The notes beneath the pieces are model-generated. The model searched no databases and was not told the DNA's origin. It was given only the letters and a program-made list of their open reading frames with translations. The translations under genes were made by a program, and so were the position numbers. From positions 7,029-71,028 of the forward strand of contig JAJQEL010000074.1 of assembly GCA_021201655.1 (NCBI GenBank): a stretch of DNA of 64,000 nt. The letters run 5' to 3'. Shown piece by piece: positions 25,528 to 36,331 of the stretch. The DNA is from Erysipelotrichaceae bacterium (lineage in GTDB: Bacteria > Bacillota_I > Bacilli_A > Erysipelotrichales > Coprobacillaceae). Within the stretch, counting starts at the first letter, position 1. The number at the start of each line of letters is the position of its first letter.

Positions 25528-25875
25528 ATGAAAGCCGAAGAAATTGCAGAAATGATTCAAAATACTGATTTAGATGAAGATTGTCCTGTAGAAAAAACAA
25601 TTGATTTATTAGCAGGAAAATGGACAACTAAAATTATTTATCAATTACTCATGAATAATGTGCTTAGATTTGGAGAATTCAAAAAGAATATACCCGAAAT
25701 CACCAATGCTATGCTTTCTTCTACATTAAAAGAACTTGAAGGAAAAGGTATTATCACTAGAAAACAATATAATGAAGTGCCGTTACGTGTAGAATATAGT
25801 TTAACAGAAGCAGGGCAAGCTATGCTGCCTATCTTTTTAGAAATGGGTAAGTGGGGTATTGATTATTTAAAATAA
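25528..25875 (+). CDS. HxlR-family transcriptional regulator
   Basis: CPVEKTIDLLAGKWTTKIIYQL...RFGEFKK...VEYSLTEAG. Start at ATG 25528, after the AGGAGG SD. Confidence 0.85.
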   Translation: MKAEEIAEMIQNTDLDEDCPVEKTIDLLAGKWTTKIIYQLLMNNVLRFGEFKKNIPEITNAMLSSTLKELEGKGIITRKQYNEVPLRVEYSLTEAGQAMLPIFLEMGKWGIDYLK

Positions 25876-25969
25876 TGATATATAGCCAAAAAGATCATCA
25901 GATTGGGTGATCTTTTTTTGCATATTTCCTAATGAAAAACATTTAATTTTCAATCATGTAATTGTCTCA

Positions 25970-26281
25970 TTAAACAAATTTCACAGCTGTTCCATAAGCA
26001 ATCACTTCTGCCGCACCTTGCATAATGGCCGATGATGCATATCTTATATTTACAATAGCATCTGCTCCAAGTTGTTCTGCTTCCCCAACCATTCTCTTTG
26101 TCGCAAGTGCGCGTGCTTCATTCATCATATCATTGTAGGCCTTCAATTCCCCACCAACCAATGTCTTAAAACCCTGAGTTATATCTTTTCCCACATTTTT
26201 TGACTGAATTGTGCTCCCTTTCACAAGACCAAGCATTTCCAATTCTTTTCCTGAAATGTAATCAGTATTTACTAAGATCAT
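25970..26281 (-). CDS. YbjQ/UPF0145-family protein
   Basis: MILVNTDYISGKE...GADAIVNIRY...AYGTAVKF. Start chosen at the internal ATG with a GGAG SD. Confidence 0.8.
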   Translation of the reverse strand: MILVNTDYISGKELEMLGLVKGSTIQSKNVGKDITQGFKTLVGGELKAYNDMMNEARALATKRMVGEAEQLGADAIVNIRYASSAIMQGAAEVIAYGTAVKFV

Positions 26282-26480
26282 CTTCTTCTCCACTCCTTAT
26301 TTCTCTGATTCTTTGGATGCATACATAAATCATTGTAACAGCTAGAGCAAGTGGAATAATACCAAGAAGAAATGCCCCTACCGTGTCAAATAGGCTGATC
26401 AGCAGACAAAAATAGGCGATATAATATATGACCACCAAAATTGTTATAGCAATTGGTGCAATCATTTTCCTTCTCTTCAT
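26262..26480 (-). CDS. Small two-helix membrane protein
   Basis: MKRRKMIAPIAITILVVIYYIAYFCLLISLF. The start is uncertain. Confidence 0.4.
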   Translation of the reverse strand: MKRRKMIAPIAITILVVIYYIAYFCLLISLFDTVGAFLLGIIPLALAVTMIYVCIQRIREIRSGEEDDLSKY

Positions 26481-26502
26481 ATTCCAATCAATCTCCCCAA
26501 TA

Positions 26503-26937
26503 TTATTGAATCTTATTAAGAATAGAAACAACTAATGCTTTTTCATCATCAGTTAAAGCATCAAATACAGCAGCTTCATTTGTTTTTTTAGCTTCCTCAT
26601 CCTGTTGTAATTTGGTTTTACCTTCTTCAGTAATAGAAAGAATAGCATCTTTACCTTTACCATTCATAGCTACATAATTCTTTTCTACTAAATCTTTTAA
26701 GATTCTATCATTCATACTATGAGGTATTCCTAAGATCATTTCAAGTTGTGGTTTTTCAATACTTTCTACTTTAGATAATAAGACTAATATTCTTTCATGC
26801 ATTGGTTTACCTTTTGGTGGAGGGCCCATCGGTGGTTTATCACCATGACATTCTGGTTTTTGTGGCTTATTCGCTAATTTAATTTTATGTGATATACGAT
26901 TAATATTTTCTACTAATTCTTCTGTTATAGTTTTCAT
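26503..26937 (-). CDS. Winged-helix (MarR/PadR-like) transcriptional regulator
   Basis: The ERILVLLSKVESIEKPQLEMILGIPHSMNDRILKDLVEKNYV segment looks like a wHTH domain. Family assignment is tentative. Confidence 0.5.
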   Translation of the reverse strand: MKTITEELVENINRISHKIKLANKPQKPECHGDKPPMGPPPKGKPMHERILVLLSKVESIEKPQLEMILGIPHSMNDRILKDLVEKNYVAMNGKGKDAILSITEEGKTKLQQDEEAKKTNEAAVFDALTDDEKALVVSILNKIQ

Positions 26938-28151
26938 TTTTTCTCCTTTTCTAAATCAACTAAATATTTTCTCACTGTTGAAATAAAATGTAATGATCCT
27001 GTGATGACAATATGTGTCTTTTTAATATAAGCAGTACGTAGTGCCTCTTTAAAACTACCTACCTTAATCAAATGATCACGATCTTCTACATCTGCAACAT
27101 CAATAACACGTTCATCATCAAACGGTGTCAAATAGACTTCATAGCCCTCTTCTAATAAAATATCCAACATCGGATTAATATCCTTGTCTTTTAAACATGA
27201 AAAGATAATACTAACATTTTCTTCTTCTTTAACTTCCAATGTTTGAATAAGGGCAATAATGCCTGGTACATTATGAGCACCATCAATATCAACAGTTGTA
27301 TCTTTATAAGGTAATGTTTCATATCTACCCTTCCAAGAAGCATTTTCAATGGCAGGAACTGTTACTTCTGGATTTAAACGGAATAATTTAGAAGCAATGG
27401 TTAAAGCAAGTCTAGCGTTATCTACTTGATATATACCTTGATTCTTTAACTCAAATTCCATATCACGATATCTAAAATGGAATGGATAATGGGATACCTG
27501 ATATTCAGGAACAACAACCATCATAGCACCCATAGCATCACATTGTTCCTGAAGTCTAGCTAAAATAGTTCCTTGCTTTTCGGAAGTAATAAAAATTTGA
27601 TTAGGTTTAATAATACCCATTTTTTCATTAATAATGTCATAAATACTATCACCTAATTGTTTTTGATGATCCATCCCAATATTTGTAATAGCACTAATAA
27701 TAGGATCAATAACATTGGTTTTATCATTTAAACCGCCAATACCTGTTTCAATAATACGATAATCCAAATCTTCATCTTGGAAATAGGCTAACATAATTAA
27801 AACATCGATTTCAAACATGGACAAGCCATCTTCTTCAATAACATCATAGTATTTATTAATATAGAATAATAAATCCTCATCACTAATAGGGGTATCATCT
27901 ATTCTAATTCGATCATTATGACATATGAGATATGGTGATGTAAATGTTCCTACATGATATTCATGAGCATTGAGAATACTACGTAAATAATTGACTGTTG
28001 AGCCTTTCCCATTAGTACCAGCAATATGAATCATATTCTTTTGTTTCATACGGATATGACATTTATTAAGTGTTTTTCTAAAAGCATCAATCGTTCGTTT
28101 ACTGCGTTTAGATTCTATATAAGCAATGGCTTCTTCAACATTATCAAACAT
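26934..28151 (-). CDS. folC: Folylpolyglutamate synthase/dihydrofolate synthase
   Basis: Mur-ligase P-loop HIAGTNGKGST. Size and layout are typical of FolC. Confidence 0.85.
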   Translation of the reverse strand: MFDNVEEAIAYIESKRSKRTIDAFRKTLNKCHIRMKQKNMIHIAGTNGKGSTVNYLRSILNAHEYHVGTFTSPYLICHNDRIRIDDTPISDEDLLFYINKYYDVIEEDGLSMFEIDVLIMLAYFQDEDLDYRIIETGIGGLNDKTNVIDPIISAITNIGMDHQKQLGDSIYDIINEKMGIIKPNQIFITSEKQGTILARLQEQCDAMGAMMVVVPEYQVSHYPFHFRYRDMEFELKNQGIYQVDNARLALTIASKLFRLNPEVTVPAIENASWKGRYETLPYKDTTVDIDGAHNVPGIIALIQTLEVKEEENVSIIFSCLKDKDINPMLDILLEEGYEVYLTPFDDERVIDVADVEDRDHLIKVGSFKEALRTAYIKKTHIVITGSLHFISTVRKYLVDLEKEKK

Positions 28152-28152
28152 G

Positions 28153-28803
28153 TTACAACCTCCAATCTATTGGTTCTATATGATTTTCAATTAAAAATTT
28201 ATTCGTACGAGAAAATGGTTTGGATCCAAAGAAACCTCGATGCGCAGATAAGGGTGATGGATGAGGACTTGTTATAACAAGATGTTTACTTTGATCAATC
28301 ATAATAGCTTTATCAATAGCTTGTCTACCCCATAAAATAAAGACTAGTGGCTTATCTCTTTGATTCATGACTTCAATAATATGATTTGTGAAAGTTTCCC
28401 AACCTCTACCTTTATGCGAATTGGCACGATGGGCTTCTACTGTTAAAACAGTGTTTAGTAACAACACTCCTTGATTCGCCCAGGCTGATAAATCCCCATG
28501 TTTAGGAATATCAATACCCACATCATCATGTGCTTCTTTATAGATATTCACCAAACTAGGAGGTATTTTAACCCCTCTAGCGACGCTAAAAGCTAGGCCA
28601 TTTGCCTGATGCTCTTCATGATAAGGATCTTGTCCAATAATGACTACTTTAATATCATCATAATCTTTAAAATTAAAACAATGAAATACTCTATTGCGTG
28701 GTGGATAAATGGTTTTTGTTTGGTATTCATGATTCACAAATGTTTCTAACTGTTTATAATAAGGCTGTTTTCTTTCTTCATTAATAATTGTTTTAAAATC
28801 CAT
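28153..28803 (-). CDS. ung: Uracil-DNA glycosylase
   Basis: Family-1 UDG motifs GQDPYH and HPSPLS. Confidence 0.9.
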   Translation of the reverse strand: MDFKTIINEERKQPYYKQLETFVNHEYQTKTIYPPRNRVFHCFNFKDYDDIKVVIIGQDPYHEEHQANGLAFSVARGVKIPPSLVNIYKEAHDDVGIDIPKHGDLSAWANQGVLLLNTVLTVEAHRANSHKGRGWETFTNHIIEVMNQRDKPLVFILWGRQAIDKAIMIDQSKHLVITSPHPSPLSAHRGFFGSKPFSRTNKFLIENHIEPIDWRL

Positions 28804-29615
28804 TATTGTATAAACCTTTCTATCACTTCAGCGACGGCACAATCACCATAATCCACGGTTGTGACATAATCACATAAGTCTTTGATATCCTGCGTAGAGC
28901 TTAAAACACAAACACCTAATCCTGCTTCTTCCATCATAGAAACATCATTATAATTATCACCAATCGCTACCGTATCTTGAATATCCACATGTAAATAATC
29001 AGATAACCAATGAATAGCTTCACCTTTATTGACACCTTTTTTATTCATTTCTAAATAACGATTACTAGAGAAAGTAAAGGATACATTTTCATCAAATTCA
29101 TTAATTAAATCTACAGATATATCTTTTAAATAATCCATATCTCTTTTTTCAAATAATATTTTCGCAATCTTATCATCTTTGAGAAAATCCATATTATATT
29201 CATCAATGACTTTAAAATTAGCTTTTTGATCTATTTTACGTTGTACTTCATTAGGATCAGCATGGAATATATAACAGCAATCTAAGGTAAAGATAAGAGT
29301 ACAAACATCTAAGTCTTTTCCTTTATCAAATAATTGTTTAGCTAAATCAAAAGATAAACCTTTAAATCTTAATATTCTTGCATCTTTGTTTTCAACAATA
29401 AGACCTCCATTAAAACAAATAGAATATTCATTCTCTTTCTCATATGTACCAACTTCCTGTAATATTTCACCAATCATATTAAAAGCTCGACCCGTAGCTA
29501 CCACAAACTTCACATCTTTATTTTTTAAAGTTGCGATAGCTTTTTGATTACCTAAAGGTACATGATGATTTACCAATAAAGTTTCATCCAAATCTGAAAA
29601 AATTAATTTATACAT
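28803..29615 (-). CDS. Cof-type HAD-IIB phosphatase
   Basis: MYKLIFSDLDETLL (DxD motif) and GDNYNDVSM. Start at ATG 29615, 6 nt after the GGAGG SD. Confidence 0.8.
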   Translation of the reverse strand: MYKLIFSDLDETLLVNHHVPLGNQKAIATLKNKDVKFVVATGRAFNMIGEILQEVGTYEKENEYSICFNGGLIVENKDARILRFKGLSFDLAKQLFDKGKDLDVCTLIFTLDCCYIFHADPNEVQRKIDQKANFKVIDEYNMDFLKDDKIAKILFEKRDMDYLKDISVDLINEFDENVSFTFSSNRYLEMNKKGVNKGEAIHWLSDYLHVDIQDTVAIGDNYNDVSMMEEAGLGVCVLSSTQDIKDLCDYVTTVDYGDCAVAEVIERFIQ

Positions 29616-30396
29616 TTTCATCCTCCGCATATAAAAATTCCATAAAAATAGGCACACGTGCACGCCATTCGCTTTCATTATGTACTGTATCTTCAAAGAA
29701 ACGATATTCTAATATCATATCTTTTTCTAATAATCTTTGATATATATAATCATTTGTTTCTATGTACATTTGATCAATTTCTTCATTACCACAGCCTTCA
29801 AACTCACCTAAATCCATATAGAAATATTGGCCATGATAATCATATTGATCAATCAAATCATCAAACTCATACATATAAAACCAAAATGCCGTTGATAAAC
29901 AAGCACATCTATTAAAAACTTCCGGATAAGCTAGTCCTGCATAAGCCGCTATCACACCGCCCATGGAACTACCAACAATTCCACAATCATCCACTATCGT
30001 ACGATAATGACTATCGATATATGGTTTCAACTCATTAACCATCCAATCAACATAATCCTGACCTTCTCCGCCATTAGGAATCTCCGTTTGTCCCGTTTCT
30101 AATAACGTCAATTCATCACTAATGACCCAAGGTCCATACTCATCATTACGTTTATATCCTTCTTCATTACATGGTATAGCAACCATAATAATATCTAAAC
30201 CTGTCTCTTCTACATAATCTGCAAAGCCCCAACTAATACCACTATATGATTCTTCATCAAAGAAAGCATTTTGACCATCCTGAATATATAAAACAGGATA
30301 TCTTTGTTCACTCATTTCATAATCATCTGGTAAATAGATAGTAATGGTACGATCTCTATCAAGCTTAGACATATGCATATTCAATGATTCAAACAT
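29608..30396 (-). CDS. Alpha/beta-hydrolase esterase (putative esterase family)
   Basis: Nucleophile elbow GSSMGG and C-terminal His (DTVHNESEW). Start at the ATG after the GAGGAGG SD. Confidence 0.7.
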   Translation of the reverse strand: MFESLNMHMSKLDRDRTITIYLPDDYEMSEQRYPVLYIQDGQNAFFDEESYSGISWGFADYVEETGLDIIMVAIPCNEEGYKRNDEYGPWVISDELTLLETGQTEIPNGGEGQDYVDWMVNELKPYIDSHYRTIVDDCGIVGSSMGGVIAAYAGLAYPEVFNRCACLSTAFWFYMYEFDDLIDQYDYHGQYFYMDLGEFEGCGNEEIDQMYIETNDYIYQRLLEKDMILEYRFFEDTVHNESEWRARVPIFMEFLYAEDENV

Positions 30397-30434
30397 AAAA
30401 AACCTCCTCATATATAAAGAAAAATAAGCTAAGC

Positions 30435-30731
30435 TTATTCTTCCTGTTCTGGTAAAATGACGACTTCCTCTCCTTCAGATGGAAAAATATAATTATCCCT
30501 CGCATATCTGGCAGCATAGTCATCATCATTTAATAAATCAACTTCTTCTTCTAATGCATCTTTTTCTTCTTGAAGTGCATCTCTTTGCTCGGTTAAAATG
30601 GCTAATTCTTCACGACGCTCTAAAACACGTACTGCTGTAACGACTAAAGTATATATCATACCTACTGATACAATAATACAAGCAATACCTATTAATTTTT
30701 TATATCTTGCTTCTTTTCTTTTTTTCGCCAT
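30435..30731 (-). CDS. divIC: Septum formation initiator (FtsB/DivIC family)
   Basis: Single TM helix plus coiled coil, with C-terminal DDDYAARYARDNY. Positioned after yabP-yabQ. Confidence 0.65.
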   Translation of the reverse strand: MAKKRKEARYKKLIGIACIIVSVGMIYTLVVTAVRVLERREELAILTEQRDALQEEKDALEEEVDLLNDDDYAARYARDNYIFPSEGEEVVILPEQEE

Positions 30732-31117
30732 ATTTTTTCCACCTTCTTTAATCTCCTAAGTATTATAGCATTAATAGAATGAAAAAAGAAGAAAAAAGGT
30801 TTGAGAATTCTCTTAATCATCATTAAGATGATTTCTAAGTAATACAACATATACTTAGCATAAGATTTTTGATACATCACATAACCCATAAAAACCATCA
30901 TCAAGAAATATAATCTTAAAATACCATCATTCAGATAAACTAAGCCATAGTAATATATAAAGCCAATGACAAATCCTAAAATGATTTGGATCATATATCT
31001 TAATATGAGCGGTATTTTGATACATATACGATTAACAATATGATAAAACATACAAGCTACAAAACCATATACATAAGAATAAAACAAACAACGAAATTGA
31101 ACAGTTAAATCACTCAT
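30692..31117 (-). CDS. yabQ: YabQ-like sporulation membrane protein
   Basis: Polytopic small membrane protein immediately downstream of yabP. Assigned by synteny. Confidence 0.5.
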   Translation of the reverse strand: MSDLTVQFRCLFYSYVYGFVACMFYHIVNRICIKIPLILRYMIQIILGFVIGFIYYYGLVYLNDGILRLYFLMMVFMGYVMYQKSYAKYMLYYLEIILMMIKRILKPFFFFFHSINAIILRRLKKVEKIWRKKEKKQDIKN

Positions 31118-31398
31118 CGTAAAAATTTACTTAATGGTTTCTCTGCTTTCTTTTTCTTATCTGTTACATAAGCCATACTATCAATATTACCTTTAATGCT
31201 GACTTCATTTTGTTCCTGATTCAAATTGACTAACGTTAAATCTGTTCCTGTAACATTGAGAAATCCCAATGAAGTTTCAATAAGAAATTCAAAAGAATCA
31301 AAGCTTTCAATCTTTTTCACCCCTGTTAATTCTAAAGTCTTGCGATCTTTCAAACATAAATGATGATAAGGTGTTTCAAAATGTAAATTATTATCCAT
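31114..31398 (-). CDS. yabP: Sporulation protein YabP
   Basis: LELTGVKKIESFDSFEFLIETSLGFLNVTGTDL is YabP-like. Start at the ATG after the GGGAGG SD. Confidence 0.75.
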   Translation of the reverse strand: MDNNLHFETPYHHLCLKDRKTLELTGVKKIESFDSFEFLIETSLGFLNVTGTDLTLVNLNQEQNEVSIKGNIDSMAYVTDKKKKAEKPLSKFLR

Positions 31399-31442
31399 AA
31401 TTACCTCCCAAATCACTATATGAAAAAAATATAAGAATATGA

Positions 31443-31709
31443 CTAATTCACATTCTTATATTTTACTACAATCAGTAGTTCATTAAGTTCTTTGTTTAAA
31501 TTATCAATTTCGTTATTTAAATCATTTATTTGATTATTCATATATAATGATGGCAGATTATCAGCACGTTCTAAAAAATTTCTCACTCTATTTAAAAATA
31601 GATCATTTTCATTAAACATGTTATGTTCTCTCATATAGGGAAAAACATGCTCATATATTTGATCAGTTAAGGTATCTCTAATAGCTTCTATATTATTGAT
31701 ATCATTCAT
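31443..31709 (-). CDS. Hypothetical coiled-coil protein
   Basis: Open frame inside the operon with no recognisable motif. Confidence 0.4.
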   Translation of the reverse strand: MNDINNIEAIRDTLTDQIYEHVFPYMREHNMFNENDLFLNRVRNFLERADNLPSLYMNNQINDLNNEIDNLNKELNELLIVVKYKNVN

Positions 31710-31965
31710 AGTCTTTCTTCTTTTCTTCTATAATTTCATATAGCATACTACTATCATCTTTTAATACATGTTCTTTTAATTCTTTTACTTTAACGATTAA
31801 TATACTTCTACCGAATTCTATTTCAATAATATCACCAATTTTTAATTGTGTGGATGGTTTTGCTACTTTCCCATTGACTTTCACACGAGAAGATTCAGCT
31901 ATTTGTTTGGATAATGTTCTTCTTTTAATAATTCTTGATACTTTTAAAAATTTATCTAATCTCAT
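31702..31965 (-). CDS. yabO: S4-domain RNA-binding protein (YabO/Hsp15-like)
   Basis: MRLDKFLKVSRIIKRRTLSKQIAESSRVKVNGKVAKPS is an S4 motif. Confidence 0.8.
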   Translation of the reverse strand: MRLDKFLKVSRIIKRRTLSKQIAESSRVKVNGKVAKPSTQLKIGDIIEIEFGRSILIVKVKELKEHVLKDDSSMLYEIIEEKKKDYE

Positions 31966-32654
31966 AAGTTCTCCTTTAAATATTCATTGGATATAATAAT
32001 ATCGACATCTTGTAATCTTTGATATTCTTTAATATTTGGTACTGTCCAGGTAGCAATTTTCATGTTATTTTGTTTTAATTTTTTGATATTTTCTTTATTT
32101 AAATAATCATAACGAGGATGGATTGCTGTTAAATGATGTTGATATAATTGTTGGATTCTTTCCTCATAATGATCTTCCATTAGATATCCTAAGTATAAGG
32201 TACTATCTAATTCTTTTAATTTTAATAGTGATGGTAAATAAAATGATGAATATATAATTTTATCATGAAGATGATAATTTTCGACCATTTCATAGACTTT
32301 TTGTTCGATGTTTTCATAATGAATATGATCGGTTTTAATTTCTATATTAACTATCATATCTTTATCATGGATATATTCTAATAGTTCTTTAAGTGTTGGT
32401 ATTGTATATATACCATTAAATTTGTATGGAAAGTTATATTGTTTTAACTGATTTAATGTCATATCTTTAATATACCCTTTGCCATTACTTGTACGACTAA
32501 TATCTTCATCATGTATAAGTACGAGTTCACCATCTAATGTCATATGTACATCCGTCTCCAAACCATCAAAACCCTTTTTATAAGCTTGTTTAAAAGCCTC
32601 CATGGTGTTTTCAGGATAATGAGCACTATAACCTCGATGCGCTAATTTAATCAT
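31962..32654 (-). CDS. Glycerophosphodiester phosphodiesterase
   Basis: AHRGYSAHYPENT, ETDVHMTLDGELVLIHD. Confidence 0.85.
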   Translation of the reverse strand: MIKLAHRGYSAHYPENTMEAFKQAYKKGFDGLETDVHMTLDGELVLIHDEDISRTSNGKGYIKDMTLNQLKQYNFPYKFNGIYTIPTLKELLEYIHDKDMIVNIEIKTDHIHYENIEQKVYEMVENYHLHDKIIYSSFYLPSLLKLKELDSTLYLGYLMEDHYEERIQQLYQHHLTAIHPRYDYLNKENIKKLKQNNMKIATWTVPNIKEYQRLQDVDIIISNEYLKENL

Positions 32655-32710
32655 TTACTTGCCTCCTCGTTTTTGATAAAATCATTATACTTAAAAAAGG
32701 AGATTGTGCA

Positions 32711-33490
32711 ATGATTAAAGCTATATTTTTTGATATTGATGGAACCTTGTTATCACATATAAGTAAATCTGTTCCTGCTTCTACGAAAGAAGCATTACAT
32801 TTGTTAAAACAAAAGGGTATTTATACATTTATTGCTAGTGGTAGACATATTTCAGAGATGAAAAATTTACCAATGGATGATTTAGATTTTACTGGTTATA
32901 TTACTTTAAACGGTCAGTATTGTTTTAATGATGATGGCATTATATATGATTTACCTATTGAGCAAGATGATATTCATAGCATCATTAAATATATTGATAA
33001 AAATCCTTTTCCTTGTATATTTGTTGAAGATGAACTGATGTATATTAATTATCATAACGATGCAGTTCAAATTATTCAAGACGCTATCTCTACATCACTG
33101 CCAGATATCAATGACTTGCATCGTGGTTACAATCATAAAATATATCAAGTGATTCCTTATGATATTGATAAAAATAAAGAAAAAGAAATACTTAAACTGA
33201 TGCCTCATTCTAAATCTACACGCTGGCATGATTTAGCCATTGATATTATTCCTAAAAATGGTGGTAAACAAAATGGTATTCAACAAGTATTAAATTATTA
33301 TAATATAAAGCGAAATGAAACAATGGCTTTTGGTGATGGTGATAACGATATAGATATGTTAAAATTTGTAGAAATAGCTGTAGTTATGGGTAATGCTTCT
33401 GATAAGGTTAAAGAATTTAGTGATTATGTCACTGATGATGTTGATAGTGAAGGCATCTATAATGCTTTAAAGAAATATAAAGTCATATAA
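32711..33490 (+). CDS. Cof-type HAD-IIB phosphatase
   Basis: IFFDIDGTLL, GDGDNDIDM. Confidence 0.85.
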   Translation: MIKAIFFDIDGTLLSHISKSVPASTKEALHLLKQKGIYTFIASGRHISEMKNLPMDDLDFTGYITLNGQYCFNDDGIIYDLPIEQDDIHSIIKYIDKNPFPCIFVEDELMYINYHNDAVQIIQDAISTSLPDINDLHRGYNHKIYQVIPYDIDKNKEKEILKLMPHSKSTRWHDLAIDIIPKNGGKQNGIQQVLNYYNIKRNETMAFGDGDNDIDMLKFVEIAVVMGNASDKVKEFSDYVTDDVDSEGIYNALKKYKVI

Positions 33491-33515
33491 AAAAGATTAG
33501 GAAAATCCTAATCTT

Positions 33516-35159
33516 TTATGATGCCGTTAAAACTTCGGTAATAACTGGAACAACTTGTTTCTTACGAGAAATAACACCTGGTAAGCTTGCTTGGCTATCA
33601 TTTAATGTTACATTAAATGCTTCCTCAACATATTCTGGATGAGGTCCAGCAACAAAGACTTCACTTGTAGCATTAATAACATCTGTTAATAATAACATAG
33701 CAAATTCCATACCATTTTTCGTTGTCACTGATTCCATATAATCAAGCATATCTTGTTTATATGGAGCAAAACCTTCAATATCCATAGTATTGACTTGAGC
33801 TACACCAACAGAAGCTTCACCAAAGTTAAACTTCTTATAATCAGAATTAAAGATTTCTTCAACAGTTTTACCAACTAATGAAGTACCAGCCTTAAACATG
33901 CTCATACCAAATTCCTGAATATCAACACCAGCAATCTTCGCTAATTCTTTAGCAATCTTGGTATCTTGAGGTGTACATGTTGGTGATTTGAAAATAAGGG
34001 TATCACTTAAAATAGCACCTAACATCAATCCTGCCATATCTGGTTCAATCTCTAAATTGTTTTCTTTATAGCATTTTGCGACAATGGTCGCAGTACAACC
34101 AACTGGTTCAGCTCTAAATAATACAGGACCTATTGTTTGAATATCAGCAACTCTATGATGATCAACGACTTCTAATATTTCAGCCTCTTCAATACCATCA
34201 ATTGATTGACTTCTTTCATTATGATCGACTTGTATAATCTTTTTCTTTTCGCCATTCAATACCTGGAAACGTGAAACAGAACCCACAACACGACCCATAA
34301 AATCAATAACAGGATAACTACGATAACGTGTTTGACTCATGACTTCTTTAACATATTCTAATGTATCATCTGTTGAAAATGTTTTTAAGCCACCTTTTTG
34401 CATAACATATTCTACAGGAACAGCTTGAATAATTTGTTGTGATGTCATAAATGTATTAAATGGTGTTGAAATAACAGATACATGAGCTTTGGCATATTTT
34501 TCTAATGCTTCGTCATTAATTGTAAGTGAGCCCGTTAAAATAATTAATGCAACTTTACAGCTAACAAAACGATCAATGGCTTCATGACGATCACCACCAA
34601 CAATAACAATATCATTTTCGTGAATACGTTTGCTTGCTTCTTCAGCAGTCATAGCAGCAACATGGATTTCACCTTTGACTGTTTTTAAAGCTTTATCTAA
34701 GTATAAAATACTTGCTTCTAACGTATCAATAACATTTTCAATAGGTGTATTGGCTTGTTTTAAAATATTACTATCCCAATCATCCATATAACCTTCAATA
34801 ATGTTTGATGTTGATAATAGTCCTAATAATTGACTATGGTCATCTAATACAGGGGCACTCTTTAAATTTTGTTGTTTCATTAAAGACCATGCTGTCTTTA
34901 ATGTTAATTCTTTTGAGAAGACTGTCGCTTTATCATATTCCAGATCTTCTACTGTTTGTTTTGCTGATTTCATCATAACTGGAACTTCAGTATGGAATCT
35001 TTTTAAAATATATTCTGTTTCTTTATTGATCTCGCCAAGTCTTACTGGTACAGCATTATAACGACCAATTCTAAAAAGAAAATTTGCATATGCAATTGCA
35101 CTACAAATAGAATCACTGTCAGGATTCTTATGTCCAGTTACAAAAACAACTTCTTTCAT
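33516..35159 (-). CDS. ppaC: CBS-domain-containing family II (Mn-dependent) inorganic pyrophosphatase
   Basis: DHH motifs GHKNPDSDSICSAIAYA and VDHNE, a CBS pair insert and a DHHA2-like C-terminus. Confidence 0.85.
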   Translation of the reverse strand: MKEVVFVTGHKNPDSDSICSAIAYANFLFRIGRYNAVPVRLGEINKETEYILKRFHTEVPVMMKSAKQTVEDLEYDKATVFSKELTLKTAWSLMKQQNLKSAPVLDDHSQLLGLLSTSNIIEGYMDDWDSNILKQANTPIENVIDTLEASILYLDKALKTVKGEIHVAAMTAEEASKRIHENDIVIVGGDRHEAIDRFVSCKVALIILTGSLTINDEALEKYAKAHVSVISTPFNTFMTSQQIIQAVPVEYVMQKGGLKTFSTDDTLEYVKEVMSQTRYRSYPVIDFMGRVVGSVSRFQVLNGEKKKIIQVDHNERSQSIDGIEEAEILEVVDHHRVADIQTIGPVLFRAEPVGCTATIVAKCYKENNLEIEPDMAGLMLGAILSDTLIFKSPTCTPQDTKIAKELAKIAGVDIQEFGMSMFKAGTSLVGKTVEEIFNSDYKKFNFGEASVGVAQVNTMDIEGFAPYKQDMLDYMESVTTKNGMEFAMLLLTDVINATSEVFVAGPHPEYVEEAFNVTLNDSQASLPGVISRKKQVVPVITEVLTAS

Positions 35160-35172
35160 CTTTTTCTCCTTT

Positions 35173-35832
35173 CTACATTTTCTTTAAATAACGATAGATT
35201 GTTGGTTCACTTACTGCTAATTTTTCTGCCACTAAAACAATAGCTCCCTTAACTTTAAAAGTTCCTTTTTCTTGTAAATATTTAACAACTTTAATTTTTT
35301 CTTCAACATTAAGTCTTTCAACAAGGAAATAGCTAGGGAATCCCATTTGTTCTAAGCATTCTTTAATATACATATCAATCATTTCATCCAATGGTGATGA
35401 TAAGATTTCAATTGGATTGTCCATCTTATATTCAACATCTTTATTTTCTTTAATGCCAAGAATCCTTTTAATAGTTGTTTCTAAGTATTCATAATCAGAA
35501 ATATTAACATTAATACAAAGCATCCCAATCGGTGTTTCTCTACCTTCTTCTTTAATAAAGTAAGTTGCAGAACGCATTAATTTCCCATCTGGTCCAGTTG
35601 TTTTATAGTTTACTACAAAATCTTTATCTTTATATTGTTTACTTTCAAGATAATGAAGTGATAAATTAGATAGTTTTGCTCCAATATCTCTACCTGATAA
35701 ATGATTATTAGCAATTGCCACTACTTCTTGCTCTTTTGTCGTTAGATCATGTAATGCTATTTCTACATTTTCACCTAACGCTTCTCCTAAAAATGTCACT
35801 AGCTTTCCATATGGTTCTAATAACTTATACAT
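35173..35832 (-). CDS. YheO-like PAS/HTH transcriptional regulator
   Basis: LEPYGKLVTFLGEALGENVEIALHDL and a C-terminal HTH (VAEKLAVSEPTIYRYLKK). Start at the ATG after the GGAGG SD. Confidence 0.65.
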   Translation of the reverse strand: MYKLLEPYGKLVTFLGEALGENVEIALHDLTTKEQEVVAIANNHLSGRDIGAKLSNLSLHYLESKQYKDKDFVVNYKTTGPDGKLMRSATYFIKEEGRETPIGMLCINVNISDYEYLETTIKRILGIKENKDVEYKMDNPIEILSSPLDEMIDMYIKECLEQMGFPSYFLVERLNVEEKIKVVKYLQEKGTFKVKGAIVLVAEKLAVSEPTIYRYLKKM

Positions 35833-35956
35833 GTTTCTTACCTCCAAATACAATTATACAACAAATTTATTAAAAGTCCTAGTAATTTTTATCACGATAA
35901 GAAAATTTAGATAGCGCTTTCAAAAAATATAAAAATACTTTTTGAAACAAAAATAC

Positions 35957-36325
35957 CTACTCATTATAAGTAGGTTCTTTTTCATCTAAATATATCAATA
36001 ATCTTGTAATCAATCCTGCTAAACCAATACCAAATAATCCACCAGTTATAGCTCTTCTTAGATTTGTTGATAATATACCTAAAAAAGTCTGTAGTCCACC
36101 ATCAACAAGCATCGGTATTAATAAAATAATAATCAACCAATATCTTAATTTGATGTTCTTATAATAAAATAAGTATAACATAATAGCGAACATCAAAATA
36201 AGAAAAGTACAACGATAACATAAAGGAAAGCAAAAACCAAAAATATGTGGTGCACGATCACTATAACCATTACATATTGGTACTTCTCCAATATGTGATA
36301 ATCTATCAAACAGTATTTCTAACAT
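35957..36325 (-). CDS. DUF2085-like membrane protein
   Basis: CYRCT motif plus hydrophobic helices. Confidence 0.5.
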   Translation of the reverse strand: MLEILFDRLSHIGEVPICNGYSDRAPHIFGFCFPLCYRCTFLILMFAIMLYLFYYKNIKLRYWLIIILLIPMLVDGGLQTFLGILSTNLRRAITGGLFGIGLAGLITRLLIYLDEKEPTYNE

Positions 36326-36331
36326 ATATGA